A stretch of DNA of 64,000 nt from Folioceros fuciformis (Eukaryota). Shown piece by piece: positions 32,001-43,470 of the stretch (position 1 is the first letter of the stretch; each line of letters opens with the position of its first letter). A model generated the notes under the pieces. It ran no database searches. It was not told where the DNA came from and saw only the letters and a list, made by a program, of their open reading frames with translations. The stretch covers positions 486,040 to 550,039 of the forward strand of contig JBNGIO010006316.1 of assembly GCA_049999805.1 (NCBI GenBank), given 5' to 3'. Made by a program: the position numbers and the translations under genes.

Positions 32001-35000
32001 GCGATGGCAGGAACTGGGTGCCTTAAAGCAAAAATTTGCAAATGTGCCTTTCATGGCTCTCACTGCGACGGCAACTAATTTCGTTAGGGAGGATGTCGTG
32101 AGAGCACTTGGACTGACAAATTGTATCCTCTTCAAACAAACCTTTAATCGCGCCAATCTGAGGTTCACTCCTGATCTCTGCTTTAATTTAACAATCACTT
32201 TGTGTGACATTGACTTGAGCCTGCTCATGCGCTTTCCGGAACATCTTATGTGCATTTGACAGGTATTCTGTTGTTCCAAAATCGCCTAAATGTCTCGATG
32301 ACATGGACAAGTTCATCAAGGAAACGTATCCTGGAGAATCTGGGATTGTATACTGTCTATCAAAAAAGGACTGTGAAAAAGTTGCAACCGAGCTACAGGT
32401 TGTTTGCCTGAATCTGACTCCTTCTGATTATGTCCTGTTGCTACGCTGAGGGCGACAACTGAAATGAGAGCTCCTCTGTTCTGTCAACGCAGGCGAAGGG
32501 GCACAAGGTAGCATTTTATCATGCTAATATGCTTCCTGACCAGAGGAGCAGTGTGCAAAGGCAATGGAGCAGCGATGAAGTCAACATAATATGTGCCACC
32601 GTGGCATTTGGAATGGGTACGGCATCTCTTGAATTTTCTGCACGATTCAATATCAGCTCGCAATATCAGGCAGTGTTGTTCAGGCAGTGCTTGTAATCTC
32701 AGTTGTCTTGTTGATTCTGCAGGCATAAACAAACCAGATGTACGGTTTGTTATACACCACTCAATTCCGAAGTCCATTGAGGGCTATCATCAGGTATCTA
32801 GTCTGTTCGTCTTTGTTTTTAAGTGGAGAGCCGTCATGGTTGCTACCTCTATTGTTGGGAAGCCAGCTAAAGAGTGTGCTTATATATCAGGAGTCTGGCC
32901 GTGCTGGGAGGGATAATCTTCCTGCAACGTGTATCCTTTACTACAACTACGGGGACTATGTAAGATAATGGGAAAGTATTGTCAGTCAATCGATTACATT
33001 AATGTTCTTGCGTGTAAACCACTGCTCGCGTCTCTCAGATTCGGGTGAAGCACATGCTGACACAAGGTGTCGCCGATCAAAGCTCGTATGTTCCGCATGG
33101 AGGAAGGAGTTGGGGTAGTCCAGATTCTATTCCAGGGGCACAGCTCAAGACTAATTTAGAGAACCTTCTCAGAATGGTCAGCTAAAGCCCATCCTTGTCG
33201 TTATGGACTTGGGGTCCTCCCTCAGAGTAGTTCTACTCTCATTGGTTGTGAACACGTATCTACGGTAACAAATCTACTGACCTGCCTCCTTGTGCAGGTT
33301 AGCTACTGTGAAAATGAAGTTGATTGCAGAAGGTCTTTGCAGCTTGCGCACTTTGGAGAGACATTTGACTCTTCCCGATGTCAGAAAAGCTGTGACAATT
33401 GCAGTAGAATGACAACGTATGTCGAGGAGGACGTCAGTACCACGGCGAAGCAGCTGGTAGTGCTCAGATTCTTTTGCATCTACCTCTCGGGATACTGACA
33501 TCCACCAACGTGGTGGAGAAAGCATACCTTCTTATTGGAGACTTTGTGATTGCATTCAGGTTCAGCTGGTTCGTGACTTGTGCCAACGTTTCTCCTTGAC
33601 TCATGTGCTCGATGTCTTTCGAGGATCCCTCAACCAAAAGGTAGACCCACGTCCTCAGCCTGCTATCATCTAACACCCCGAGGAATCAAATTAATGTCTG
33701 ACAGGCCTGCTGTTATTCAATGCTTTAAGATCAAAATGCAGGGGCACGATAGGCTTGGCCTGCATGGTGCAGGAAAGAACATGGCCAAAGGCAGCCTGGA
33801 ACGAATTATGCATCACATGGTGTTTGAGGAAATCCTCAGGGAGGATGTCTCATCGAATGAAATTTACGGTGGCGTGTCGTCAGTCCTCAAGGTTGGGACC
33901 CGTGGATTTCGAGGGGAGCTACTTGAAGACGCTTAGCAGTAAGATCCTGATTTCCATGCTTGCAGGTGAACGAGTTGCGAGGGAATGAACTTATGTCAGG
34001 GGAAAGGAAGGTCGTTCTAAGGTATGGGACTCCGAAAGTGGTTTTTTGGCTTTTGGAACGGCTAGCATTGTTGAGTGTTGAGGTCTGATGTCGTACACCC
34101 CTCTTGCCAGGTTTCCATCTTCTCAGAACAGTGGAAGAGCTGTTCCAGCGAGGAAACCTCCGTTATTGGTAGAGAAGTCGGCGCCTTTGTTCGAGGAGGA
34201 AAGTGACAAGGCGCCACGAGTACGAGAAGATAATGTATGTCGCATAAACCTTGTTGTACATCACGCTGTGCTTTCCTTCCTTGGTGTACTGCAATGCCCT
34301 TTTGACCAATCGTTGATCTTAACCAATCCGCTGTTACTTGTAACAGGACCTTCTCGACAAGCTGTATGCTGCTCTTCATAACTTGAGGCGCACTCTAGTT
34401 AACGAGGCTGGTGGAAATCTCATGCCGTATCACATTATGGGGTAATACGAGTCTGTCTGCTTCTGTCATGTCAGTTGGTGTGTGCTTGGACGAACTTGTA
34501 GGATGTTTCGCCAGGGTGTGAGCAGAGAGCATCTGCATCTGCCTTGTCACACTGACTGTACGATGGGTAATGCAGCAACGCCGAGCTTCAGCAAATTAGT
34601 AAGAGAATGCCTTCCACGATCGAGGAGCTGTTGGAGGTCAATGGCATCGGCAGGTAGATCCATCGTTGCCCGTTGATCAGGAGTTGGCACCGTTGGTCAC
34701 TGTTGAGCTGTGTGTGCTGATGAAGCTAATCTTGTCATGCGCTGTTTCCGCCGGTTCAGAGTGAAAAGTAACAAATACGGGGCCCGGATACTGGAGGTGG
34801 TCTCTCGTACTGTCGAGGAACACGGTCAAAGGCCTGCGATGCGGCCACTGGACAAGTCAAAACAGCACCCCATAGGAGGTCCAAAGAGGCCAAGGGAAAG
34901 TGCCGATGTACCAGGCTGGAGGAACACACGGAGAGGTGATCCACATCCTTCGAAAACCTCGACCAGTATCGCCATGCCTGGCGAGGCGCTCGAAGTTGCG

Positions 35001-35147
35001 GAGGACCTCGGTCTTGCAACAGATGTGGAGGTGGATGTGGTTAATTGCAGAGTGTTGTCTTCTTGCGGAAGGGAAAACATGCATTCGAAGGGACGTCAGG
35101 ATACGGACCGGATGGCCTTCGGAAATTTCTCCTTCAATAAAGTATAG
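29012..35147 (+). CDS. RECQ4: RecQ DNA helicase, RECQ4 (BLM/Sgs1-like) clade
   Basis: [94 protein letters not shown], Zn-binding CENEVDCRR...CQKSCDNC and an HRDC-like C-terminus. The N-terminal PENNWAEN...LSSGFLFSL segment is RECQ4-like. The start could be 28940. Confidence 0.9.
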
Positions 35148-35780
35148 CGAGTTCGTTGTAAAGACGAGCAACTAAAGCAAACTTTGGCCAAGTGCGCCTA
35201 CATTTTCCGGTCCCTCGCATGTGTGACGCATTCATTCGCGTTCACAGGTAGCATTACGTGCAGCCTTTCCTTTCGGCACCATGTCTGTGCAAACGGGTAT
35301 CTTCAATGAACGACGAGTTGATGTATCTTGCGGCTCATGCGTTGTCGTGGGCGTGAGATGTACTGCCCTGGAAATCATTTTCTGAGGTGCTGTCAGGTTT
35401 GTTTTCCTCGAAGACTCCATGTCTTGTAGAGACAGGACCGGTTGTGCGATTGTGGGCGGGTTGAGAAAAATGAAGGTTTTATTGCACAACGAGATGTTAC
35501 AGCTTACAATTGCAAGAATGGTAACAAGCGGCAGCACTGGTGGCACAATTCGCAACCGGCCGCCTTTATCACTAGATCCTACGACCTGTGATACCTGGGT
35601 GGAGGTCAGCACAAATTTATGACAGCCCAGGTATTGGACCTCAGATGAATGCCTCACTGACAGTGGTGAGGACAACGAATCAACATGCATTGCCAAGAAC
35701 AGAAACTTCAAGCTACAGCTAGCAAAGACTAGAGTAAGACTCATGGACAGTAGCAGCAGGTTGAGCCCTGTGTGCCAATC

Positions 35781-37830
35781 TTAAAAACTCAGTGGTACCT
35801 TCCTCCATATGTTGAAGAAGGCGAAGGCACCAGAATCATTCAGTGGTCGGGGACCAATCCTGCTCCTGGGACAAGACTTGAAACCCGGATACTGCTGCCG
35901 GATGACGGAGGCTCTGGTCAAGCCAAAATCGTTGGCCGCCGCATTCAAGAAGCCCACCTTGGCCCAAGGCGGTTTCACAGTGCCAGGTTTGAGGCGGTTG
36001 TTGGCAGTGTAGTAGTACTTGAACTCCAGCGAATTCATCTTGGGCACATTCGGCAGAGAATCGCAGAACCTGTAGTTGGGTTCCGACCACGGGGGCAAGT
36101 GAAACGCGTCCACTATGCTCAGCTTGAGCACGTTCCGGGTGGGCATTCCCGTGCAGCCTCCAGTCTGGCTCGCGCTGGATCCTCCCGTCGGATTGCAAGA
36201 GAAGCCGTTCACCGACCTCTGAGAGCAGAAGTCGTTCAACCACGGGTATGCCTGCACCCAACAGGTGGACCACTCCATGATCAATTCATCCCATGCGAAT
36301 CAAAGCTTACGGTCGCGTGCTCGGGTGAGGAGAGCATCCACCCTACCTTTTTGAAAGCGGGAGAATTGTACAAGAGCTTGCGCTGTTTCTCCCAGTAGTT
36401 GCCGGGAAACGTAAGGCAGTTGTTCACGTCCCAGTTCTGACAAGAATACCATCCCGCGCACTGAGTCTGGTTGATTGTTAGCACGCTGGTGATAATGTTG
36501 TTGTGCCCGGAATTGAGCTTGATCCCATCCAGGTTGTGGGCGCACACCGCCCCATTCACCACCACTCCAGACGAGGTGAAGTCCAGGTAGACGCAGTGCT
36601 TGCCCCCGATGACGTAGTTGCAGGACAGATAGTTTCCTGGATTCACCCAATGTGTGTCGAAGTAGAAGCCGGTGCCATCGTGATTAGGCTCGAACTCCGG
36701 GTCGAATTCTATCAGGTTCCGGCTCATGGTGTTAAGCATGCAGTCGCCCACATTGGTGGTCCCCATCCCGCACTGGATGCCCGCGAAGTAGTGGTTGCGG
36801 AGCTCGTTGAACATGATCCGCACCCCGACAGCTCCCCGGAACAGCACGATCCCGACTATGCCTCCGCTGAACTTGTTGTCCTCCACGATGATCTGCAACG
36901 GCGATGGAATCGAGTCGGACACGCCCCAACCCGGTACCGGACGCGCACTCTCACGTGCAAACGAGATCGCTCACGGGGCGCCTAAAAGATGGATCGACCG
37001 GCAGTAACGTAAATGCTAAGCGGCAGTACTCGTACTCACCTGGGATCTGAGCAGCTTGGTCCCGTCTCCAGACAGCCCAATCCTGAGGCAGGCAAGGTTA
37101 TCGATCTTGACAGCCACGGTGCAGGCCCGCATTCGGGTCTCCGTGGTCCGAAAAATGTCCACCCTGCCAGTGAGGGTGAGGTGCGAGAGCGTGATCCCCC
37201 ACGTCCTGTACAAGAAGATGGCCGCGCAGGCCAAGGGATCCCCGAACCCCACCTCCTTCCCCAGCTGCTTCCTGTCACACAATGCCGTGTTCCTCCCGGT
37301 GTCGAACCGGATCTTGGTCAGGACCACGTTGGAGACGTTGGACAGCTGCAGCAGCGGGAAGGCGCCGTACTTGGCGTAACCGACAGTGAAGCCCCCGTTC
37401 TTGGAGGTGGCGGAGGTGAGGATGGTGCACGAGAAGCCCTGCCCGAGGAGCACGGTGGCCCGCGCCCACAGGTTGTTCTGCAGCACCAGCTTCACGGTCT
37501 GCCGTTCTGGGTACTTGAGCCGCCATTTGAGCTGCGACACCGACCTCACGGGGATCGTGATCTGGGAGGTGGAGCAAGGCCCAGCTGCAAAGTGTCGCAC
37601 ACAAACGCGATTTCCCATCAACAACCCACCATCACACTCCGCGCTGTACAACAACAATGCCGCCGTCTCTACAAGGATCATCAGTCCCGCATCACACCCA
37701 AAACTCAAACTCATGAATGCAAACCTTGGGCCAAGAGAATGTGGCCCTCCTGCAAGCAGCACAGAGCAGCCGCCGCCAGCAGCAGCACGTAAGCCATCCT
37801 GCAGCACCCGGAGGACGCCATTCTCAGCAT
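35781..37830 (-). CDS. Secreted Cys-rich right-handed parallel beta-helix protein, paralogue A (about 555 aa)
   Basis: Exons 37830-37725, 37584-37040, 36892-36347 and 36251-35781 join in frame at GT-AG sites (1668 nt). Signal-peptide-like MAYVLLLAAAALCCLQ; beta-helix repeats such as IIVEDNKFSG, GVRIMFNEL, GNYLSCNYV and YLDFTSSGVVVNG. Aligns end to end with paralogue B. Confidence 0.8.
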
Positions 37831-38581
37831 TCCAAGCTCCTTCAGACTCCGATGTCAGGCGCCTATGCTACAGCAACATGCCGGGCCGGGCGGCAATGGG
37901 GATAGTCATGGGCAGGGCAAGGGTAGGGGCGGGGGCAGATGATGCCCAGTAGATCGTTCTGAGAAACCAGAGGAGCGCCACAGCTCGGAAGGTTGGAGGA
38001 AAAGGCACGAGTGGGGGAGGCTGCCATGGCACTGCCTTTATAATCGTCGCAGTAGCAGGAGGAGGAGGAGGAACACACTTTGACCCGAATAGAAACCGGA
38101 GTGGCTGCGAGTGCCGGGATGCACGCAGGCTGGTACGGCAGGTGGCTCGATTGTTTGTCAACCAACGTGGTCTGAACTCCGAGCCCTCACGTTCGTGCAT
38201 CTTCCACCTGCTTTCCCGCCCGTCAACTTCGCCATCTCCCCTTAATCTACACCTCCTGTCACTGGCCTTGTGCGGGCACTGTGTGATTCACGAGCCACAT
38301 CTTCCTCCACTTATCTTCACCTATTTTGCTCAACTTAATCAACTCCAAATATTCTTTTCCCATAGCTGCACATCCAAGCCACTTGCAACCCACCTGGCCA
38401 AGGGCGTTTTTTTCCTTCCAGGCATCTCATCCGAGTATTCTATTTGGATGCCCAGCAGCCACCACCCCACTAGTAGCCACACCTCGTGCATCCATTTAGC
38501 ATGATTTAATTATATTAAATCAGTCATTTATCATAGGTCTCAATCTTGTCACCGTTTAGTTAGACTTCTAATTGCAAGGGG

Positions 38582-38721
38582 CATGATCTTGGGCTTATAA
38601 ATATGGATGGGTTCATGTTTAGTAAGAAATTGATTGTGCGGCTTAGTCTAACATGATCTTGGGCTTATAAATATGGATGGGTTCATGTTTAGTAAGAAAT
38701 TGATTGTGCGGCTTAGTCTAA
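38582..38721. repeat. Perfect 70-bp tandem duplication
   Basis: catgatcttgggcttataaa...gcggcttagtctaa occurs at 38582-38651 and again at 38652-38721. Confidence 0.95.
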
Positions 38722-39230
38722 GGCGTATCCAAAAGTTGCTCTTATTCAATACTTCTTGTATAGGTTATGAGCCATAGATCTACACACTTTTAATGATAGT
38801 CTTAACTTTCTACATAAGCAAGCATTCCTACTCTACTTTTAAAAAGGCTTGGCCCAGTCGAAGCAAGCAGAACAAGGACCCAATATTGGGGAGAGACAGA
38901 CAAGGGAGAAGATGCGCTAGTTCTCACATGTTTTTTCTTTTTTTGATATTCTTTTACAACAACTATATATGTTGGGTTCATCTCGTCTTGTCTTCAAAAT
39001 GAAGCCTTGGTTTCCTGAGTTTACAACTATGTATGTGTGTTCTCTTCAAGTTTAAAATATATTGTATTGTTGTGATACTTGGAGGACTCTGAATCTCCTA
39101 TGGGCTCTCCAAGAGTGCATATGTGCCTCTTGAGGTGGCGTGTAAACTTGTTTACTAGCTTCTTCTGACGTTGTTTTATCTTGTGGATTAAGATACTTGT
39201 GTTTGTATCTATATCACAACATTTTATAAA

Positions 39231-40562
39231 ATGGGTGAAAGATTTCTAAGGGTGAAAAATTTCCGTTTCATTGAAGGGGACTGTTTGTTTGATGCGGTGT
39301 CTTACTTGTTAGGAGGTACGATTTCATCTTTAAGCTTAAGAGAAATCGCAATGGATGAGTTTGAAAGCAGGATCCAAAGTAAAGACCCGATTGCTTTGAA
39401 CAATCTTCAACAATATCTTCCACAGATCCTTCAAGACCTTCATCAAATAGATAACATGGATACTTATATTCGCAGAATGAGGTTATCTGTGTTACCAAAA
39501 CAGTCTAAAAGGAATGATCATGGTTTTGTGGGTGGCAGTGAAAGGGCTAAGAGTGTTGATCAAATGACTCAAGGATTTTGCTTAAAGAATGAACATTGTG
39601 CAGATAGCAAAACTTGGAAAGCTCAACAAGTTAAAGCAACTATGTACAACAAGCTTCGACGATATGTCTGGAAACGTGCGAATGGCATGTATCAAGATTT
39701 TAAACACGTTTTCATATTCACTCAGAAAGCTAGAAGAACTAATAAATCTGAGAAGCTTCAAAGGTCTTGCTCCAATCGTAATACAAGGCAAGATGGAGTT
39801 ATAGCATGTGCTGAGACAATGCAGAACAAATTGAATACGCCACATGCTTCCAGTATTGAGAGTGCATCATCAAGTGTGCACAATACATCAAATGTGCAGG
39901 ATGGAATTATAGCATGTGTTGAGACCATGGAGGATAGGTCGAAACTGGAGCAGGCTTCAAGTATTGAAGGCACATCAAGTGTGCAAGCCATTGTGACATT
40001 AACTATGCAGGATGAGATCATGTTAGATGTGGAAGCGCAACATGCATCAAGTGTGCAACCCATTGTGCAACCCATTGTGACTTCAACTATGCAGGATGAG
40101 ATCCAAGATGAGATCACAGTAGATGTGGAAGTGCAACATGTAGACCTCGTGTGTTTGAATCTGCAAGATGAAGTAGTGCAAGATGCAGCCTCCATAGATC
40201 CAGCAAAACAAGATGGATCACCCAAAGATGCAAAATCTCAACATGAAGCATCCAAAGAAGCACCAGAAGGAGCAACAAAAGGAGAATGTGGTCTGTGGGG
40301 AGATGCTCTAGCCACCCAGTGGCTAAGTGTATCCTTGAAAAGACATATTCGGGTATGGATGACAAAATATGATAGATTGATCATGATACAAGAGTTTGGA
40401 AAAGAATATGGGTGCAATGCCAAGCGTCAAACGAAATGGAGATGCAAGCCAACAGAACAAGAGAAAAACTCCAAGGAGAGTCTTAATATCTTATACGATG
40501 GACAATCCCACTATGAGCCCATTGTTCTATACAAATCTGGTGGGATGGCAAGGTTTTCCTGA
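39231..40562 (+). CDS. OTU-like cysteine protease (deubiquitinase fold) with a large internal insertion
   Basis: 443-aa ORF with EGDCLFDAVSYLL...LRE (catalytic Cys box), YIRRM, then WGDALATQWLSVSLKRHIRVW and LNILYDGQSHYEPI (His box), in OTU order. Confidence 0.7.
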   Translation: MGERFLRVKNFRFIEGDCLFDAVSYLLGGTISSLSLREIAMDEFESRIQSKDPIALNNLQQYLPQILQDLHQIDNMDTYIRRMRLSVLPKQSKRNDHGFVGGSERAKSVDQMTQGFCLKNEHCADSKTWKAQQVKATMYNKLRRYVWKRANGMYQDFKHVFIFTQKARRTNKSEKLQRSCSNRNTRQDGVIACAETMQNKLNTPHASSIESASSSVHNTSNVQDGIIACVETMEDRSKLEQASSIEGTSSVQAIVTLTMQDEIMLDVEAQHASSVQPIVQPIVTSTMQDEIQDEITVDVEVQHVDLVCLNLQDEVVQDAASIDPAKQDGSPKDAKSQHEASKEAPEGATKGECGLWGDALATQWLSVSLKRHIRVWMTKYDRLIMIQEFGKEYGCNAKRQTKWRCKPTEQEKNSKESLNILYDGQSHYEPIVLYKSGGMARFS

Positions 40563-41176
40563 TAACTTCAAGTCTCATTGAAGTTTGTACTTGGAATATG
40601 ATATTGCACAATGACTTCGTAGAGGAGTGATGTGCAATAACAATTGCATGTGCTAATATCAAGATGAATGCACTATTTGTTACAAGATCAAGGAAGCTCC
40701 AAGAGAGCTTTAAGCTTTAGGGTTGTTTAATTAGTTGGCTGCTCACATGATTCTATATAAACGAGAGTGATATTGAATTTCGCAAAACCTAAACCACTTG
40801 ATCTCATATTTCTATCTTGCGTTTATAAGCCGCCTTAGTTCTTCAAGAACCAAGTTCGTCCTGTTGGCCAATTCATGCATGTCATATCCTTTGTCATTCG
40901 AAAGAAGAGCCATATGCCACTCGAGCTATGGTGCTATTGAAGGTATGGAGCGCGAGCTATGGGACTATTGGCTAAAATTGCGAAAGTTTGAAAGAACGAT
41001 CTAAGAAAGACGAAGAGCAGCAGGAAGAGGGGACAACAAGTAAGTTGTTTTCTCTAAGCCGTGCAGCAATTATGCAACTGAAGAAGTATGTACAAGAGGC
41101 AGCGAAAGTGCATGGGACATATCAACTAGGCAAACAAGAAATGGCAAGAAGGGCGGAAACAGAAAAAGGAAAACGC

Positions 41177-41402
41177 GAAGGAGGCGATGGTAAGAAGTGA
41201 AGGAGGCGGTGGTAAAAAGTGAANNNNNNNNNNNNNNNNNNNNNNNNNNNNNNNNNNNNNNNNNNNNNNNNNNNNNNNNNNNNNNNNNNNNNNNNNNNNN
41301 NNNNNNNNNNNNNNNNNNNNNNNGGTAAAAAGTGAACGAGGCGGTGGTAAAAAGTGAACGAGGCGGTGGTAAAAAGTGAAGGAGGCGGTGGTAAAAAGCG
41401 AA
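41177..41402. repeat. About 22-bp minisatellite (GAA[G/C]GAGGCGGTGGTAAAAAGT)n spanning a gap
   Basis: Copies are visible on both sides of the N run at 41224-41323. Confidence 0.9.
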
Positions 41403-41489
41403 GAAGACTCGACTCGCGCAAAACAAGTGAGGGAGCCTGGCAGGCCCTCCGGCCGGGACTTGCGTCCTGCTATCGGCACGGGGCTCTCG

Positions 41490-43470
41490 CTACAGAGGAA
41501 GCGGCACGGTTCTGTAGACGTTGAAGAAGGAGAAGGCGGAGGACTGGGGGATGGGTTTGGCGCCGGTCTTCGACCTGGGGCAGGATCTGATTCCCGCGTA
41601 CTGCTTCCAGATGACAGACTCGGAGCGCAGGCCGTAGTCCTTCCCAGCAGGATCGTTGAAGGCGACGTTGTCCCATGGCGGCTGGAGCCCGCCGTAGAGC
41701 ACCACGTTGTTGGCAGTCCAGTAGTTCTTGTAAAGCAGTTGGTTAAGTCTGGGCACCGCCGGGAGCGTCTCGTAGTGCGTGAAGTTGGGACTGCCCCACG
41801 GCGGCTTTCGCTTCGCGTCCACGATGCTCAGCTTCATGATGTTGGCAGTGGGCATGCCACTGCAGTGACCCGTTTGCGACCCCGTGGCGCCTCCCACCGG
41901 GTTACAGGCCACACCGCCCACAGATTTGCGGGTGCAGAAGCTGGCCAGGAACGGGTACGCGGACCCGAACTGCGGGGCCGCCTTGGCCCAATCGGATCCC
42001 GGAGTCAGGTTGCAGTTGTTCAGGTCGTAGTTCTGGCTCGACATCCAGCCCGCCATGCCCGTCAGGTTCACCGCCACCACGGATGTGACCACGTTGCTGT
42101 GGCCCGCGTTCAGCTTGATCCCGTCGTACCCGTCCACGCACACGGCGCCGTCCACCGTCACCCCCGACGAGCAGAAGTCGAGGTAGACGCAGTGGCGGCC
42201 CCCGATCACGTAGTTGCAGCGAACTAGGTTCCCTGGGTTGGACCAGTGCGTCGCGAAGTAGATCCCCGACGCGTCGTTCAGAGGCTGGAAGCTCGGGTCC
42301 GTGGTCATCACGTTTTGTGCGATCAGGCTGAGCATGCAGTCCCCCGTGTTCCGGTACCCCTTCCCGCATTGCACCCCCGTGAAGAGGTAATTGAGGAAGT
42401 CGTTGTTCTGGATCGTCACACCCACCGCCTGTTTGAAGAGGAGCACTCCCTCGATCCCGCCCGTGATGCGGTTGTTGGTCACGTACACCTGCATCGGAGT
42501 CACCGCCACATCTCAATACGCTGACAGGATTCATTCAATGTCGTATGTGCCCGGGCTTGGAGATGGATTGCTGAGGATTCAAGTAGAAACGCAAGCCGAG
42601 CTCTCCATCGACCGCAAGGATCGGATGAGGTTTACGCAACCAACCTTGCCGGGGATGAGGTTGGGGCCGTCCCCGCAGTTGCCGATGCGCACGCCCACGT
42701 CGTCAGGCTTGAGGGTGAAGGTGGAGGACTCCACTCGGGCCTGCACGACGTAGAACAAGTCGATTCGGGTGGTGAGGGTGCAGTGGGAGACGGTGATGCC
42801 CCAGGCGCGGTGCGCGAATACGGCGGGGCAGGGCAAGGGGTTGCCCGCCCCTACGTCCAGGCCCAGCTGCGACCGGTCGCATATGGCGGTGCAGGAGGCC
42901 CGAGAGAGGGTGAGCCTGGTAAGGAGCACGTTCGACACGTTCTCGATGTGCACCAGAGGGAAATGGCCGGACTGGGCGAACCCGATGGTGAAGCCGTTGG
43001 CGCCGGCGCTGCTCGCGGAGGTGAGGATGGTGCAGCAATAGCCCGCGTTCGACAGCTCCAAGCTCGCCGTTAGCCACAAATGGTTCTGCAGGTCCAGGCT
43101 CACCGTCTGCGTATGGGGGTACTTGAGCCGCAGCAGAATATCCGCCGGCCTGCGCACAGGGATGTGCACGACACTCGAAGAGCAAGGCCCGCCTGCTTCC
43201 AACACCCACAACATCATCACCATCCCTAATCGCCACCACGCCCAACCCCCTCACCAGCAAAAGCAGCGTGAAGGAACAGAAAAAAGACTTCACACCGCAA
43301 GCACAAGCGCAAGCCTTGCGTCCCAAGTTCTAGAGACGTCTCCTTCACGACTCAATCTCACACGCACACTCACCTTGCACCGGCACCGCGAGCGGGAGGA
43401 GGCAAGACAAGCTCAGGAGCAGCATCGGCAGCAACAGCTGCCTCTGAGAGGTGCTCCGCGACGCAGCCAT
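41490..43470 (-). CDS. Secreted Cys-rich right-handed parallel beta-helix protein, paralogue B (about 547 aa)
   Basis: Exons 43470-43374, 43192-42645 and 42488-41490 join in frame (1644 nt). Signal-peptide-like QLLLPMLLLSLSCLLPLAV; DASGIYFATHWSNPGNLVRCNYV, YLDFCSSGVTVDG and FNDPAGKDYGLRSESV. Same intron 1 and 2 positions as paralogue A. Confidence 0.82.

Larger units (their letters stand above)
38505..41410. mobile_element. AT-rich inserted island, probably transposon-derived, between the two beta-helix paralogues
   Basis: Abrupt shift to AT-rich sequence relative to the GC-rich flanking genes; tandem repeats near both ends; an intronless OTU-like ORF. No transposase, TIR or TSD identified, and the boundaries are approximate. 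Confidence 0.45.

Noticed and set aside
35232-35744. 170-aa minus-strand ORF between RECQ4 and beta-helix A
   Set aside because: No recognisable motif; it lies where the convergent 3' UTRs should be.
37863-38027. ATG 38027 as the start of beta-helix A
   Set aside because: It closes after about 54 codons and lies only about 10 bp from a TATAAA. ATG 37830/37821 gives a signal peptide and the same exon phase as paralogue B.
38180-41440. Possible terminal inverted repeats (CCCTCAC / GTGAGGG) around the OTU island
   Set aside because: Only about 7 bp match with no TSD, consistent with chance.
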